NCBI GenBank assembly: GCA_038087875.1
Contig: CM075977.1
Location: 50,344,001 to 50,408,000, forward strand
DNA length: 64,000 bases
Direction: 5' to 3'
Source of the DNA: Malacoraja senta
Lineage: Eukaryota
Part shown: positions 38,126-49,964 of the stretch, piece after piece
Layout of the letters: every line of letters starts with the position of its first letter
Numbering within the stretch: the stretch's first letter is position 1
Translations under genes and position numbers: made by a program
The notes under the pieces: model-generated
Told to the model about the DNA's origin: nothing
Databases searched by the model: none
The model's input: the letters and a program-made list of their open reading frames with translations, nothing else

Positions 38126-41100
38126 AGTCAAGTCAAGTGAGTTTATTGTCATGTGTCCCTGATAGGACAATGAAATTCTTGCTTTGCTTCAGCACAACAG
38201 AACATAGTAGGCATTGACTACAAGGCATTCTATGAATATATACACACATGAATCAATATACTGATAAAGTGCAAATAACAGTATTGGCTAATAAAGTTCA
38301 GTGTTATGTCCGAGCCAGGTTTAATAGCCTGATGGCTGTGGGGAAGTAGCTAGTCCTGAACCTGGTCGTTGCAGTCTTCAGGCTCCTGTACCTTCTACCT
38401 GAAGGTAGTAGGGAGATGAATGTGTGGCCAGGATGGTGTGGGTCCTTGATGATACTGCCAGCCTTTTTGAGGCAGCGACTGTGATAAATCCCCTCGATGG
38501 AAGGGAGGTCAGAGCCGATGATGGACTGGGCAGTGTTTACTACTTTTTGTAGTCTTTTCCTCTCCAGGGTGCTCAAGTTGCCGAACCAAGGCACGATGCA
38601 ACCGGTCAGCATGCTCTCTACTGTGCACCTGTAGAAGTTAGAGAGAGTCCTCCTTGACAAACCGACTCTCCGTAATCTTCTCAGGAAGTAGAGGCGCTGA
38701 TGTGCTTTCTTAATAATGGCATCAGTGTTCTCGGACCAGGAAAGATCTTCAGAGATGTGCACGCCCAGGAATTTGAAGCTCTTGACCCTTTCAACCATCG
38801 ACCTGTTGATATAAACGGGACTGTGGGTCCCCATCCTACTCCTTCCAAAGTCCACAATCAGTTCCTTGGTTTTGCTGGTGTTGAGGGCCAGGTTATTGTG
38901 CTGGCACCATATGGACAGTTGCTCGATCTCTCTTCTATACTCTGACTCATCCCCATCAGTTATACGTCCCACAACAGTGGTGTCATCAGCGAACTTGATG
39001 ATGGAGTTCGCACTATGTCCGGCTACGCAGTCATGAGTATAGAGTGAGTACAGCAGGGGGCTGAGCACGCAGCCTTGAGGTGCTCCCGTGCTGATTGTTA
39101 TCGAGTCTGACACATTTCCACCAATACGAACAGACTGTGTTCTGAGAGTGAGGAAGTCGAGGATCCAATTGCAGAGGGATGCGCAGAGACCCAGTTCTTC
39201 GAGTTTGGTAACCAGCTTGGAGGGGATGATTGTATTAAATGCCGAGCTGTAATCGATGAATAACAGCCTGACATATGAGTTTTTGTTGACCAAGTGGTCC
39301 AGAGCGGAGTGGAGGGCCAGCGAGATCGCATCCACCGTTGATCTGTTGTGGCGGAAAGCGAACTGCAGTGGGTCCAGGTTTTTGTCGAGGTAGGAGTTGA
39401 TCTGCGTCATGATCAACCTCTCAAAGCACTTCATCACCACAGGTGTTAGTGCCACAGGTCGATAGTCATTGAGGCATGTCACCTTACTCTTCTTGGGCAC
39501 TGGTATAATTGATGCCCTTTTGAAGCAGGTGGGAACCTCAGACCTCAGAAGTGAGAGGTTGAAAATGTCCGTTAAAACTCCAGCCAATTGGTCCGCACAG
39601 GTTTTTAGAACACGACCAGGTATACCATCAGGTCCAGGCGCTTTTCGAGGGTTCACCCCTCTGAAGGATTTCCTGACGTCGGCCTCTGTGACTGAGACTG
39701 AAATACCATCACAGCGAATGGGCGATCGGCAAGGCACGATAAGGTTCTCCCTATCAAAGCGTGCGTAGAACGCATTGAGCTCATCAGGGAGTGATGTTTC
39801 GCCAACATTCGAGCTGCCTCCTGATTTTGACTTGTAAGAGGTGATTGCATTCAGGCCCTGCCACAGCCGCCGAACATCTGTCTCTTCCTCCAGTTTGGAG
39901 CAGAAGTCCCTTTTGGCCTTTTTGATGGCCTTACCAAGGTCGTATCTGGACTTCTTGTAGGCCACTGTATCATCAGACATGAATGCCCGGTGTCTGGACT
40001 TCAGAAGAGTGCGGTTCTCAAAGTTCATCCAAGGTTTCTGATTGGGAAACGCTCGGAAGGTTTTGGTGGGGATGCAGTCCTCCACACACTTTTTAATGAA
40101 GTCTGTAACGACTGTGGCGTATTCGTTCAGGTCCGTTGCCGAGTCCTTGAACATTACCCAGTCTACAGACTCCAAACAGTCCTGGAGTTGTTCCTCTGCC
40201 CCCCCTCCCCCCCCCCCCCCGACCAGCTCTGTACTGTCCTCACCTCTGCGGGTGCGCTCTTTAATTGCTGCCTGTAGGCAGGAAGAAGCAGCACCGCGGT
40301 ATGGTCGGATTTACCGAAGTAAGGGCGAGGGATAGAGCGATAGGCATTCTTGATGGTGGTGTAGCAGTGGTCGAGGGTGTTTGGTCCTCTGGTGCAGCAG
40401 GAGACATGTTGGTGGAAGTTAGGGAATGATTTCTTTAGGTTTGCCTTATTGAAATCCCCGGCTATGGTGGTGAAAGTCTCGGGTTAAGACGTCTGGTGTT
40501 TGTTGACCACGAGGTGCAGCTCCTCCAGTGCCAGACGGACATCTGCCTGGGGTGGGATGTAGACCGCGGTCATGATGATGGAGGTGAATTCCCTTGGGAG
40601 GTAGAAGGGACGGCAATTCACCGCCAGATGTTCGAGGTTTGGAGAGCAGGAGTTGGACAGGACTGCCACGTCTGAGCACCACGCAGAGTTGACCATGAGG
40701 CAGACGCCCCCTCCTCTCCCTTTCCCAGATGCCAGTGTACGGTCCATACGGTGGATGGAGAACCCTTCAGGCTGGACCGCTGAGTCTGGGGAGCTGGGGG
40801 TGAGCCATGTCTCTGTGAAACAGAATACAGAGCATTCCCTCAGCTCCCTTTGATAAAGCAGCCTTGCCCTTAAGTCCTCCACTTTATTTTCAAGGGACTG
40901 TACGTTGGCCAGTAGGATAGTAGGGAGAGGGGGCCGAAGTCCCCTGCGCTTCAGTCTGACCTGAAGTCCTGCCCGTCGGCCACGTTTCCGGACACAATGG
41001 AGGCTTCCCCTTTGTTTCCAGGTACTGAGTTTACTGTACCTGCTGTTTCTGCGGACCTGCGCTGGAACGGGGATTCCTTCACAGACGGCAGCTCCAGCTC

Positions 41101-41445
41101 CGTAACGAACGGGGGTACCTTCAAAGTCGGCAGCTCCAGCTTCATTGTTCCTGGGAGATCCGGCCCGTCGGCTCTGGAGGTCATCCCGGGGTTTCCAAGT
41201 ACAGTACCTGGGATCCTCAGTCGGGTCGGGAGTTCCACAGCCAGCATGGGAAAATTTAACGTCCGGGCCTCCCGCAGCTGCGGGAGATCGCGAAATTGCC
41301 AGCGCTTTCAGCTGCCCAAGCAGCTTGTCTGAAACGGCACCGATTACTGCCGTTTCCCTGATGCAGGTAAGTTGATAGAAGTTGTAGGTGAACCTTTTCT
41401 GTTCTGGTGCTCCGCAAAACTCGCCGCAGGCAGGCGCCATCTTGG
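38126..41445 (-). mobile_element. Near full-length Rex1/Babar-clade LINE (APE endonuclease + reverse transcriptase), two lesions
   Basis: ORF 40484-41491 has the APE start (LPTILLANVQSLENK...FCFTETWL). ORF 38304-40175 has RT motifs (PQGCVLSPLLYSLY, KFADD). In-frame TAA at 40484-40486 and a frameshift in a G-run near 40199-40220. 3' tail ATGACAATAAA followed by (ACTTG)-like repeats. Confidence 0.93.
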
Positions 41446-41545
41446 GTACTTGGGAAGTAGGATTAGGAATAAGATTTGATAAGCAACCCAATATGATTAA
41501 ATAAAGTTAAGCATAAAATAATGGAATTCAGGAGCTTATTAAAGT

Positions 41546-41573
41546 CTGAAGAAGGGTCTCGACCTGAAACGTC
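41546..41573 (+). ncRNA. Minimal hammerhead-ribozyme-like core in a Penelope-derived repeat
   Basis: CTGAAGA-AGG(GTCTCGA)CCT-GAAA-C-GTC fits the CUGANGA / stem II / GAAA / NUH layout with a minimal palindromic ACGT stem III. Activity not demonstrated. Confidence 0.55.
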
Positions 41574-41744
41574 ACCCATTCCCTCTCCAGAGATGCAGCC
41601 TGTCCCGCTGAGTTACTCCAGCATTTTGTCCAGCATATTCATCAAAGTGGTCACTGGCCATTAAGCTTGTAATCATAGTAAAATCTTCAAGTAAATCAAC
41701 CAAATAAGTGAGCGGCAGACAGTAACTTTCATCGGATCCAACAA

Positions 41745-42015
41745 GCAATGATCATAAGTGATAGGAGGTGAATTAGGCCATTTGGACCATCAAGTCTACT
41801 CCGCCATTCGATCATGGCTGATCTATCTTTCCCTCCTAACCCCATTCTCCTGCCTTTTCCCTATAACCGTGACACCTGTACTAATCAAGAATATATCTCT
41901 CTGCCTTAAAAATATCAATTTACCTGGCCTCCACAGCCTTCTCTGGCAAATAATTCTACAGATTCACCACCTCTGACTAAAGGAATTCCTCCTCATCTCC
42001 TTCCTAAAGAAGCGT
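41745..42015 (-). mobile_element. CR1-clade LINE 3' tail
   Basis: Reverse complement of the CR1 3' UTR motif GATCAGCCATGATCGAATGGCGGAGTAGAC. Confidence 0.7.
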
Positions 42016-42687
42016 CCTGGTATGATGTGAGAGACTGAAGGGTCCATGTGGTCTGCCAGAGTGCACCCCTAACCTACGTGTGAGCTTTGAGAGCTCTTAT
42101 TCCTCAGAACATATCCTGGCCGCTAAGTGATTAGTCAAATGTACAGTATGAAGCCAGATATCTTGTGAATTTGAAACATTGTTCCTATTTGCACAAAGCA
42201 TAAACACATGAATCAATGTAACAACTGTATAATTGATGGTCCCATTGTTAATATAAGCTAAGGGGAAGATATTAAAGTGATCTGAAATTTAAATTTCTTA
42301 AGTTGGAAAACGTTTTGGCAGAGGGAAAGTGGGTATGAGTTTTGCATTAATCAATGTATCTGTTAGTCCTGTTTTCCTTCAATAATAGATGAAGTAATGT
42401 AAAAATCACTGAAGTATGATTTGGCACTGAATTGTATTCCAGCGGCTTAGATTCTATATTGTATCTTTGAATGCCTCTGTTATGGATTCAACGAGTACAT
42501 GGAGCAGTACACCACAAGAACAGGCTCTTTGGTCCCAGATGTGACCATAATCCTGCAACAGATTAAACTTTACTATACTTGCACATATTATTTTGTGCAA
42601 TCCAATAATCAAGCTTGTGATTGTAAAGACCATTTAAAAATAAAAACACAAGTTGTTCCCTGTAGCTGGATGAGCAACTATATATCA

Positions 42688-43071
42688 TTTGGCTGTGTCG
42701 GCACCCAAATTATGGAACGATCTGCCTCTCCACATTAAACAGGCCTCTTCTCTGTCTGTTTTTAAATCACTTCTTAAAACCCATCTCTTCTCCGTGGCCT
42801 ATGATACCCAGTAAGATGTCGACTTTATTTACTTGATTTAATTTCTTTTTTGATTGCTTTTATTGCGTGGCTATTATTTTTACTCATGTTTTATGTCTTT
42901 TAATTTATTGTTGTATTTCATATGTAATTTTTGCGTCTCATGTGAGCTGTTATGTTATGTTCTGTTATGTTGTCTGTTTATGATGTCTTGTTTAGTCTTC
43001 TGTATAGCACTTTGGTCAACATTGGTTGTTTTAAAGTGCTTAACAAATAAAGTTGGATTGGATTGGATTGG
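42688..43071 (+). mobile_element. L2-clade LINE 3' end
   Basis: Encodes APKLWNDLPLHIKQASSLSVFKSLLKTHLF, followed by an L2-type stem tail (AGCACTTTG...AAAGTGCT..AATAAA) and (GATTG)n. Confidence 0.8.
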
Positions 43072-43604
43072 ATAACAGTACCTTGTCCAGTTAAAGTTTT
43101 CCCACTCTCGCCCTCCTCGCCAGCCTCCTCAACCCTGTAATTGAGCTAACTTCAAAGAGTAAATTAAAATCATAAAATTTCAGAAATAATTCTGTTCCAC
43201 AGTGTTCAAGGACCAGTGTAATCTCGCTGATCTATTGGAATTTGTTTGAGAGCAGAAGAATAAAGATGCATCTGAAGTATCAAACTAAAATTACAGTAAC
43301 TAAGCAAATAAATTAAGATAGCATTTTGGGTGGTATTCAGATTGATTTTCTGCACAACAACACATAACTAGAATAATTAGGTGGCTCCTACGAAGTTAAT
43401 CAAACAAAGAATATTTCTTGATACAATTTTAACGGAATTGTAGGGACGCCTTGGTTGCGAATTCTCAAAACAATTCTATAATCAGATGTACGTATAGCGG
43501 TTTCCGTGGCCGCGGGCACAGCACCAGGATGTTTTATGGAGGGTAGCACAGTGGATGTCCTGAAAATCTTGTTCCTCGGATCTTTAAAAACATTTTGATC
43601 TCAC

Positions 43605-44350
43605 TTTTGGTGGCTGCGGCTTGTGGCAGCGGCTCGACTGCAGTCTGTCCGTCTTTTCTTTCTTTTTGTCCCGTTATGTGTATGTTTTTGGTTTTATTTT
43701 TTAGATGTGTAAATGTTGGAGGGTGGGGGGGGGGGTGGTGGGGGAAACTTTTAAAACGTTTTAATCTCCCCTGTACGGGGACCCGACTTTATCCCTGTCG
43801 GGTCTCCGTTGTCGTTGTGGCCTAACATCGTGGAGCCGGCGGCCTCCAACCGGAACCAACCTGGGGGCTCCAGTCGCGGAGCCTGGGGACTCACCATCGC
43901 GGAGCTGGCCGACTTCGGAGCGTGGAGAGCTGTGGTGGCGCGCAGCTGCGACCCAGCTTCGGAGGCTCCAGCCGCAGGCCCGGTGGACGGTAACATCGGG
44001 AGCTCGCGGGTCCCTTGTGGGAGACCGCTTTTAGGAGCTCCCCCAACGGCAACTTCTCCCGCCCGAATCGCGGGGTTAAAAATGACCCAGACCGGGGCCT
44101 TACATCGCCCGGCGCGGCTTTAACGGCCGCGGGACTTACCATCGCCCGCCGGGGGCTTTAACATCGGGAGAAGAATAAAGAACAGGGGAGAGACAAGACT
44201 TTGCCTTCCATCACAGTAAGGTGGTGTTTGGAGATTCACTGTGATGGATGTTTGTTTTAATTGTGTGTCTTGGTTTTTTCTTGTTCGTATGACTGCAGAA
44301 ACAAAATTTCGTTTGAACTTAGGTTCAAATGACAATAAACGGTAATGTAT
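43605..44350 (+). mobile_element. GC-rich non-autonomous retroelement with Rex1-type tail
   Basis: 3' end AATTTCGTT...AATGACAATAAA resembles the Rex1 3' UTR at 38140-38180. Shares TAACATCGGGAGCTC and a hairpin with 24982-25960. Confidence 0.6.
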
Positions 44351-45089
44351 TGTAAAACTGATCTCGCCTAAAATCACTCCCTTTCTCATGGCAAAAGACT
44401 GACTATCTACCCAATCTATAAATATCCATATGGTCATCCCTCTGCTTCCTTTGCTCCATGGAAACCATCGCAACTTACCTGGTCTCTCCTCATAACTCAA
44501 GCCTTACAATTGGGACAAAATTCTTGTGAATCTTTTCTGCACCCTCTGGCTTAATGTCATCCTTCCTGTAGCATTGCATCCAGAACTCTATGCAACATAT
44601 CTAGTGCAATCTCACCAATGTCTTGTATAGCTGTAAATATTACATCCTAACATCTGTATCGAGGCCTCGACTCATGAAGACAAATTTCCATATGCCTCCT
44701 TCACAGCCTATCTACTAGTGTCACCACTTTGGGCTCTGTATTTGTTTCCTTATTCAACAACACACCCCAGGGCTCTGTCATTAACACGTATGCCCTGCCC
44801 TGGCTTAACACGTCAAAATGTATCATTTTGCACTTCTCTGTGTTAAATTTTGTTTGTCAGTCCTTTGTCCATTTTTCCACTTGATCTGATCTCTGTTATA
44901 ACCTTCACTGTCCACTATACCGCCAATTTTGGTAACGTATACAAAGTTACGAATCGTGCCACTTGCATTCTCATCCAAATCATTAAAATTTCAACATAAC
45001 AGGGACCCAGCATCAATCCCTGTAGAATGCTTCTGGTCACAGGCCTCCAATTTGAAAAACAACTGTCCGTCTTTTTACTAGGTACTTTG

Positions 45090-45992
45090 AACAGGTACTT
45101 TGGATCCATCTTCACTAAGGAGCACACAAACAATCCCCCTGATGTACTAGTGGCCAGAGGATCTAGGGTGACGAAGGAACTGAAGGAAATTCACATTAGG
45201 CAGGAAATGGTGTTGGGTAGACTGATGGGACTGAAGGCTGATAAATCCCCAGGACCTGATGGTCTGCATTCGAGGGTACTTAAGGAAGTGGCTCTAGAAA
45301 TCGTGGACGCATTGGTGATCATTTTCCAATGTTCTATAGATTCAGGATCAGTTCCTGTGGATTGGAGGGTAACTAATGTTGTCCCACTTTTTAAGAAAGG
45401 CAGGAGAGAGAAAAAGGGGAATTATAGACTAGTTAGCCTAACATCAGTGGTGGGGAAGATGCTGGAGTCTATTATAAAAGATGAAATATGTGGAGTATTG
45501 TGTGCAGTTTTGGTCTTCATATTTGAGGAAGGACATTCTTGCTATTGAGGGAGTGCAGCGTAGTTCACAAGGTTAATTCCCGGGATGGCGGGACTGTCAT
45601 ATATTGATAGAATGGAGCGGCTGGGCTTGTACACTCTGGAATTTAGAAGGATGAGAGGAGACCTTATTGAAACATATAAGATTATTAAGGGTTTGCACAC
45701 GCTCGAAGCAGGAAACATGTTCCCGATGTTGGGGGAGTCCAGAACCAGGGGCCACAGTTTAAGAATAAGGGGCAAGCCATTTAGAATTGAGATGAGGAGA
45801 TACTTTTTTACACACAGTTATGAGTCTGTGGAATTCTCTGCCTCAGAGGGTGGTGGAGGCCGGTTCTCTGGATGCTTTCAAGAGAGAGTTAGATAGAGCT
45901 CTTAAAGATAGGGGATAGTGGATGATCAGCCATGATCACATTGAATGGTGGTGCTGGCTCAAAGGGCCGAATGGCCTACTCCTGCACCTATT
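45090..45992 (+). mobile_element. CR1-clade LINE fragment with large internal deletion
   Basis: ORF 45027-45548 (KSPGPDGLHSRVLKE...NYRLVSLTSVVGKMLESIIKD) jumps at about 45489 to the 3' region (ORF 45585-45896). Confidence 0.9.
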
Positions 45993-46085
45993 TTCCCCCT
46001 ATTTTCTATCACTGAGCCAATTTTGTATCCAATTTGCTAGATCACTCTGGATGCATGTGATCTAACTTTCTGGACCAATCACCAC

Positions 46086-47776
46086 AATAGACAATAGGTG
46101 CAGGAGTAGGCCATTCGGCCCTTCGAGCCAGCACCGCCATTCAATGTGATCATGGCTGATCATCCCCAATCAGTACCCCGTTCCTGCCTTCTCCCCATAT
46201 CCCCTGACTCCGCTATCTTTAATAGCCCTATCGAGCTCTCTCTTGAAAGGATCCAGAAAACTGGCCTCCACCGCCCTCTGAGGCAGAGAATTCCACAGAC
46301 TCACAACTCTCTGTGAGAAAAAGTGTTTCTTCGTCTCCGTTCTAAATGGCTTACCCCATATTCTTAAACTGTGGCCCCTGGTTCTGGACTCCCCCAACAT
46401 CGGGACCATGTTTCCTGCCTCTAGCGTGTCCAAACCCTTAACAATCTTATATGTTTCAATAAGATCCCCTCACATCCTTCTAAACTCCAGAGTGTACAAG
46501 CCCAGCCGCTCCATTCTCTCAGCATATGACAGTCCCGCCATCCTGGGAATTAACCTTGTAAATCTACGCTGCACTCCCTCAATAGCAAGAATGTCCTTCC
46601 TCAAATTAGGGACCAAAACTGCACACAGTACTCCAGGCGTGGTCTCACTTGGGCCCTGTACAACTGCAGAAGGACCTTTTTGCTCCGATACTCGACTCCT
46701 CTTGCTATAAAGGCCAACATGCCATTTGCTTTCTTCACTGCCTGCTGTACCTGCATGCTTACTTTCATATACTGATGAACAAGGACCCCAGATCCCGTTG
46801 TACTTCCCCATTTCCCAATTTGACGCCATTTAGATAGTAATCTGCCTTCCTGTTTTTGATACCAAAGTGGATAACCTCACATTTATCCACATTAGACTTC
46901 ATCTGCCATGCATCTGCCCACTCCCCCAACCTGTCCAAGTCACCCTGCATTCTCATAGCATCCTCCTCACAGTTCACACTGCCACCCAGCTTTGTGTCAT
47001 CTGCAAATTTGCTAATGTTACTTTGAATCCCTTCATCCAAATCATTGATGTATATTGTAAATAGCTGCGGTCCCAGCACCCCACTAATCACTGCCTGCCA
47101 TTCTGAAAGGGACCCGTTAATCCCTACTCGTTGTTTCCTGTCTGCCAACCAATTTTCTATCCATGTCAGCACTCTACCCCCAATACCATGTCCCTAATTT
47201 TGCCCACTAATCTCCTATGTGGGACCTTATCAAATGCTTTCTGAAAGTCCAGGTACACCACATCCACTGGCTCTCCCTTGTCCATTTTCCTTGTTACATC
47301 CTCAAAAAATTCCAGAAGATTAGTCAAGCATGATTTCCCCTTCGTAAATCCATGCTGACTCGGACCGATCCTGTTACTGCTATCCAAATGTGCGGCTATT
47401 TTATCTTTTATAATTGACTCCAGCATCTTCCCCACCACCGATGTCAGGCTAACTGGTCTATAATTCCCTGTTTTCCCTCTCCCGCCTTTCTTAAAAAGTG
47501 GGATAACATTAGCTACCCTCCAATCCACAGGAACTGATCCTGAGTCTATAGAACATTGGAAAATTATCACCAATGCACCCACGATTTCTAGAGCCACTTC
47601 CTTAAGTACCCTGGGATGCAGACCATCAGGCCCTGGTGATGTATCAGCCTTCAGTCCCATCAGTCTACCCTACACCATTTCCTGCCCAATGTGGATTTCC
47701 TTCAGTTCCTCCGTCACCTCAGATCCACTGGCCACTACTATATCAGGAAGATTGTTTGTGTCCTCCTTAGTGAAGG
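46086..47776 (-). mobile_element. CR1-clade LINE, 1.7-kb 3' portion (RT domain, frameshifted)
   Basis: ORFs 47166-47660, 46765-47172 and 46170-46433 give consecutive CR1 RT segments (QHGFTKGKSCLTNL, YLDFQKAFDKVPH, KFADDTKLGG). Confidence 0.93.
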
Positions 47777-49964
47777 ACATCTTGTCAAAGCTTTGATAAA
47801 GAGCAAATAGATACCGTGTTCCGTCCTGCCCTGGTCAATCCTCGTAACAAAAGAACAAAATTAAAATTGTGAGACACGACTCTCTTTGCACGAAGCTATC
47901 CCAAATCGATCTATGCCTAGCCAAATGCAGATGAATCCTGACTTTTAGAATCCCCTTGAGTAATTTCCTCCCAAAGGTTTTTCCTAAATAAAGACACAAT
48001 ATTAGCCACCCTCCAGGCTTCCGGCACCTAACCCGCGGTTAACAAAGATGCAAAAATGTCTGACTGGATTTCTTCCCTGGCTTCCTACAACATCCTCCTC
48101 AGGCTCCAGGGATTTGTCCACCTTAATGTGCTTCAAGATTGTGAAAACGTTTGTAAAGTCTGTTTCAAGGACATCACTGTTCTCTTTCCTGAGCTCTATA
48201 GTCCTTTATGTTTACCTTTTGATTAAAATAATGTAAGATTGTACAATGCTTGAAACCGTCACTTGAGAAATATAGCTGTTATATTTTCAATGTACAATAT
48301 ATACCGTTTCTGATTTGTTCATGTGAAAAATATGAGCAACTATCTATCAGATTACATTTTTAAACAAGATGGTGTTAGTTGTTCCAGGATTATGAGGCTT
48401 AAAGTCTTCTTGTGTTTCAGCAGGCTGGCCTATTAGTATTAAGGGGCCATTTGTTTCTGACATTAGCAATCACTGCTGTCAGTGTCATATGGCTGGTTGA
48501 TGCAGCCTCTGACTGGTTTGAAGCAAAAATGGTTATTAGAATCTGGATTAGTAGCTGTGTACACAGAATATTCTCTGGAGATCTCATTTTGAACTCCATT
48601 ATTACGGTAAGATTTTTTTTCAGCTGATTATATTATTCAGCAGCCTAAATTTCTACAGCAATGTAGGTTTATATTTGTGAAAGCAAACTAATTATAGTTG
48701 CACAGGTAAAATTGAATGAGAACTGCCATTGCTCAAGTTAGTGTTTGACAGCGCCTGCCATCTCACTTTCAGGTGAGATCCGATGTGGGTGCTTGCATTT
48801 TTATAACTGCATGATATAGACTGAGGTGTCATTTTTAAATCTCAAGAAGATTGAATTGTTTTATCACTATACAATAATGTACTTTTGGTCAAATTCAGCC
48901 AGCAAGCTATCTTATTATATTCCAAATAAGTGGTTGCAAAATACTGGGAGAGATGCTGTTTGTTACAGTACCAATCTGTGCAGCAATCAGATTTTAGATT
49001 ACTGCATATGTTTCCAAAACTACCATCTATTTGATCAGTACAAAATCAGAACACAACGTTCCTGTTGGAATACCAATAGCTGCATAATCAATAGCTGCAA
49101 TTTATGCTTTGCTACCTGTTGCACTGCTACTGAATTTTGATTTATTTTAAAAGAATAGCTTAAGTATATTTTTTTATAACAAATATTAAGAACACTACAT
49201 ATACTATTGAATGGGTTAGCATTGTGTACACGCGTGAAGTCATTTTACTTAAACAGAATCCATTTGAAGACTCAATGAAACGCACTACAGCCACCACTTT
49301 GATTAAAATCAGGGAATTTCTCCAGCAAAGTGAAATTAATATATTATACACAAAAAATATCCTTCTTTCGCCTACAGCCCAGTTATGGCTTGAACTCACA
49401 TGGTATACAACAATAAAATAACTGAATTTTTATGCATGAGTGGAATAGATCTCAGCATTCACTGTTACAAATGCAATTGCCATGCAAGTCTGGATGCATG
49501 GTTTAAATTTTAAACATGTTGTCTTGTCGTCATTTTACCATCCTTTAGCTACATTTACAACACAGGCAATAATTGATATCCTCTATAATTTGTTTTTATC
49601 TTCTAAATTCACTATTTCTTTACATTGATATTGACATCCCTTTGCTTATTGTTTCTCTTGCCTTCAAAACTACCAGCAATTTGCCCTTTCCGCTACCACC
49701 GGAGCCGCACCCAACCCTCAACCCTCAACCCTCATCGCAAAAGTACACACTGAACTATTGTGTTCCGTTCTGTTCAGATTCCCCTTCCTGCAATTCTTCA
49801 GGTGGTTGACTATGGTACCATGTACAAAAATAAGGGTGTTAACACTGTTACTATAACCCAATGGACCAAACTAATGATATCCTTGTCTGAATTTAATTCT
49901 CTGATCCAGTACTCTCAGTGGATCACAGAAGAATCATCTATATCAATAATTTGAATGAAGAACG

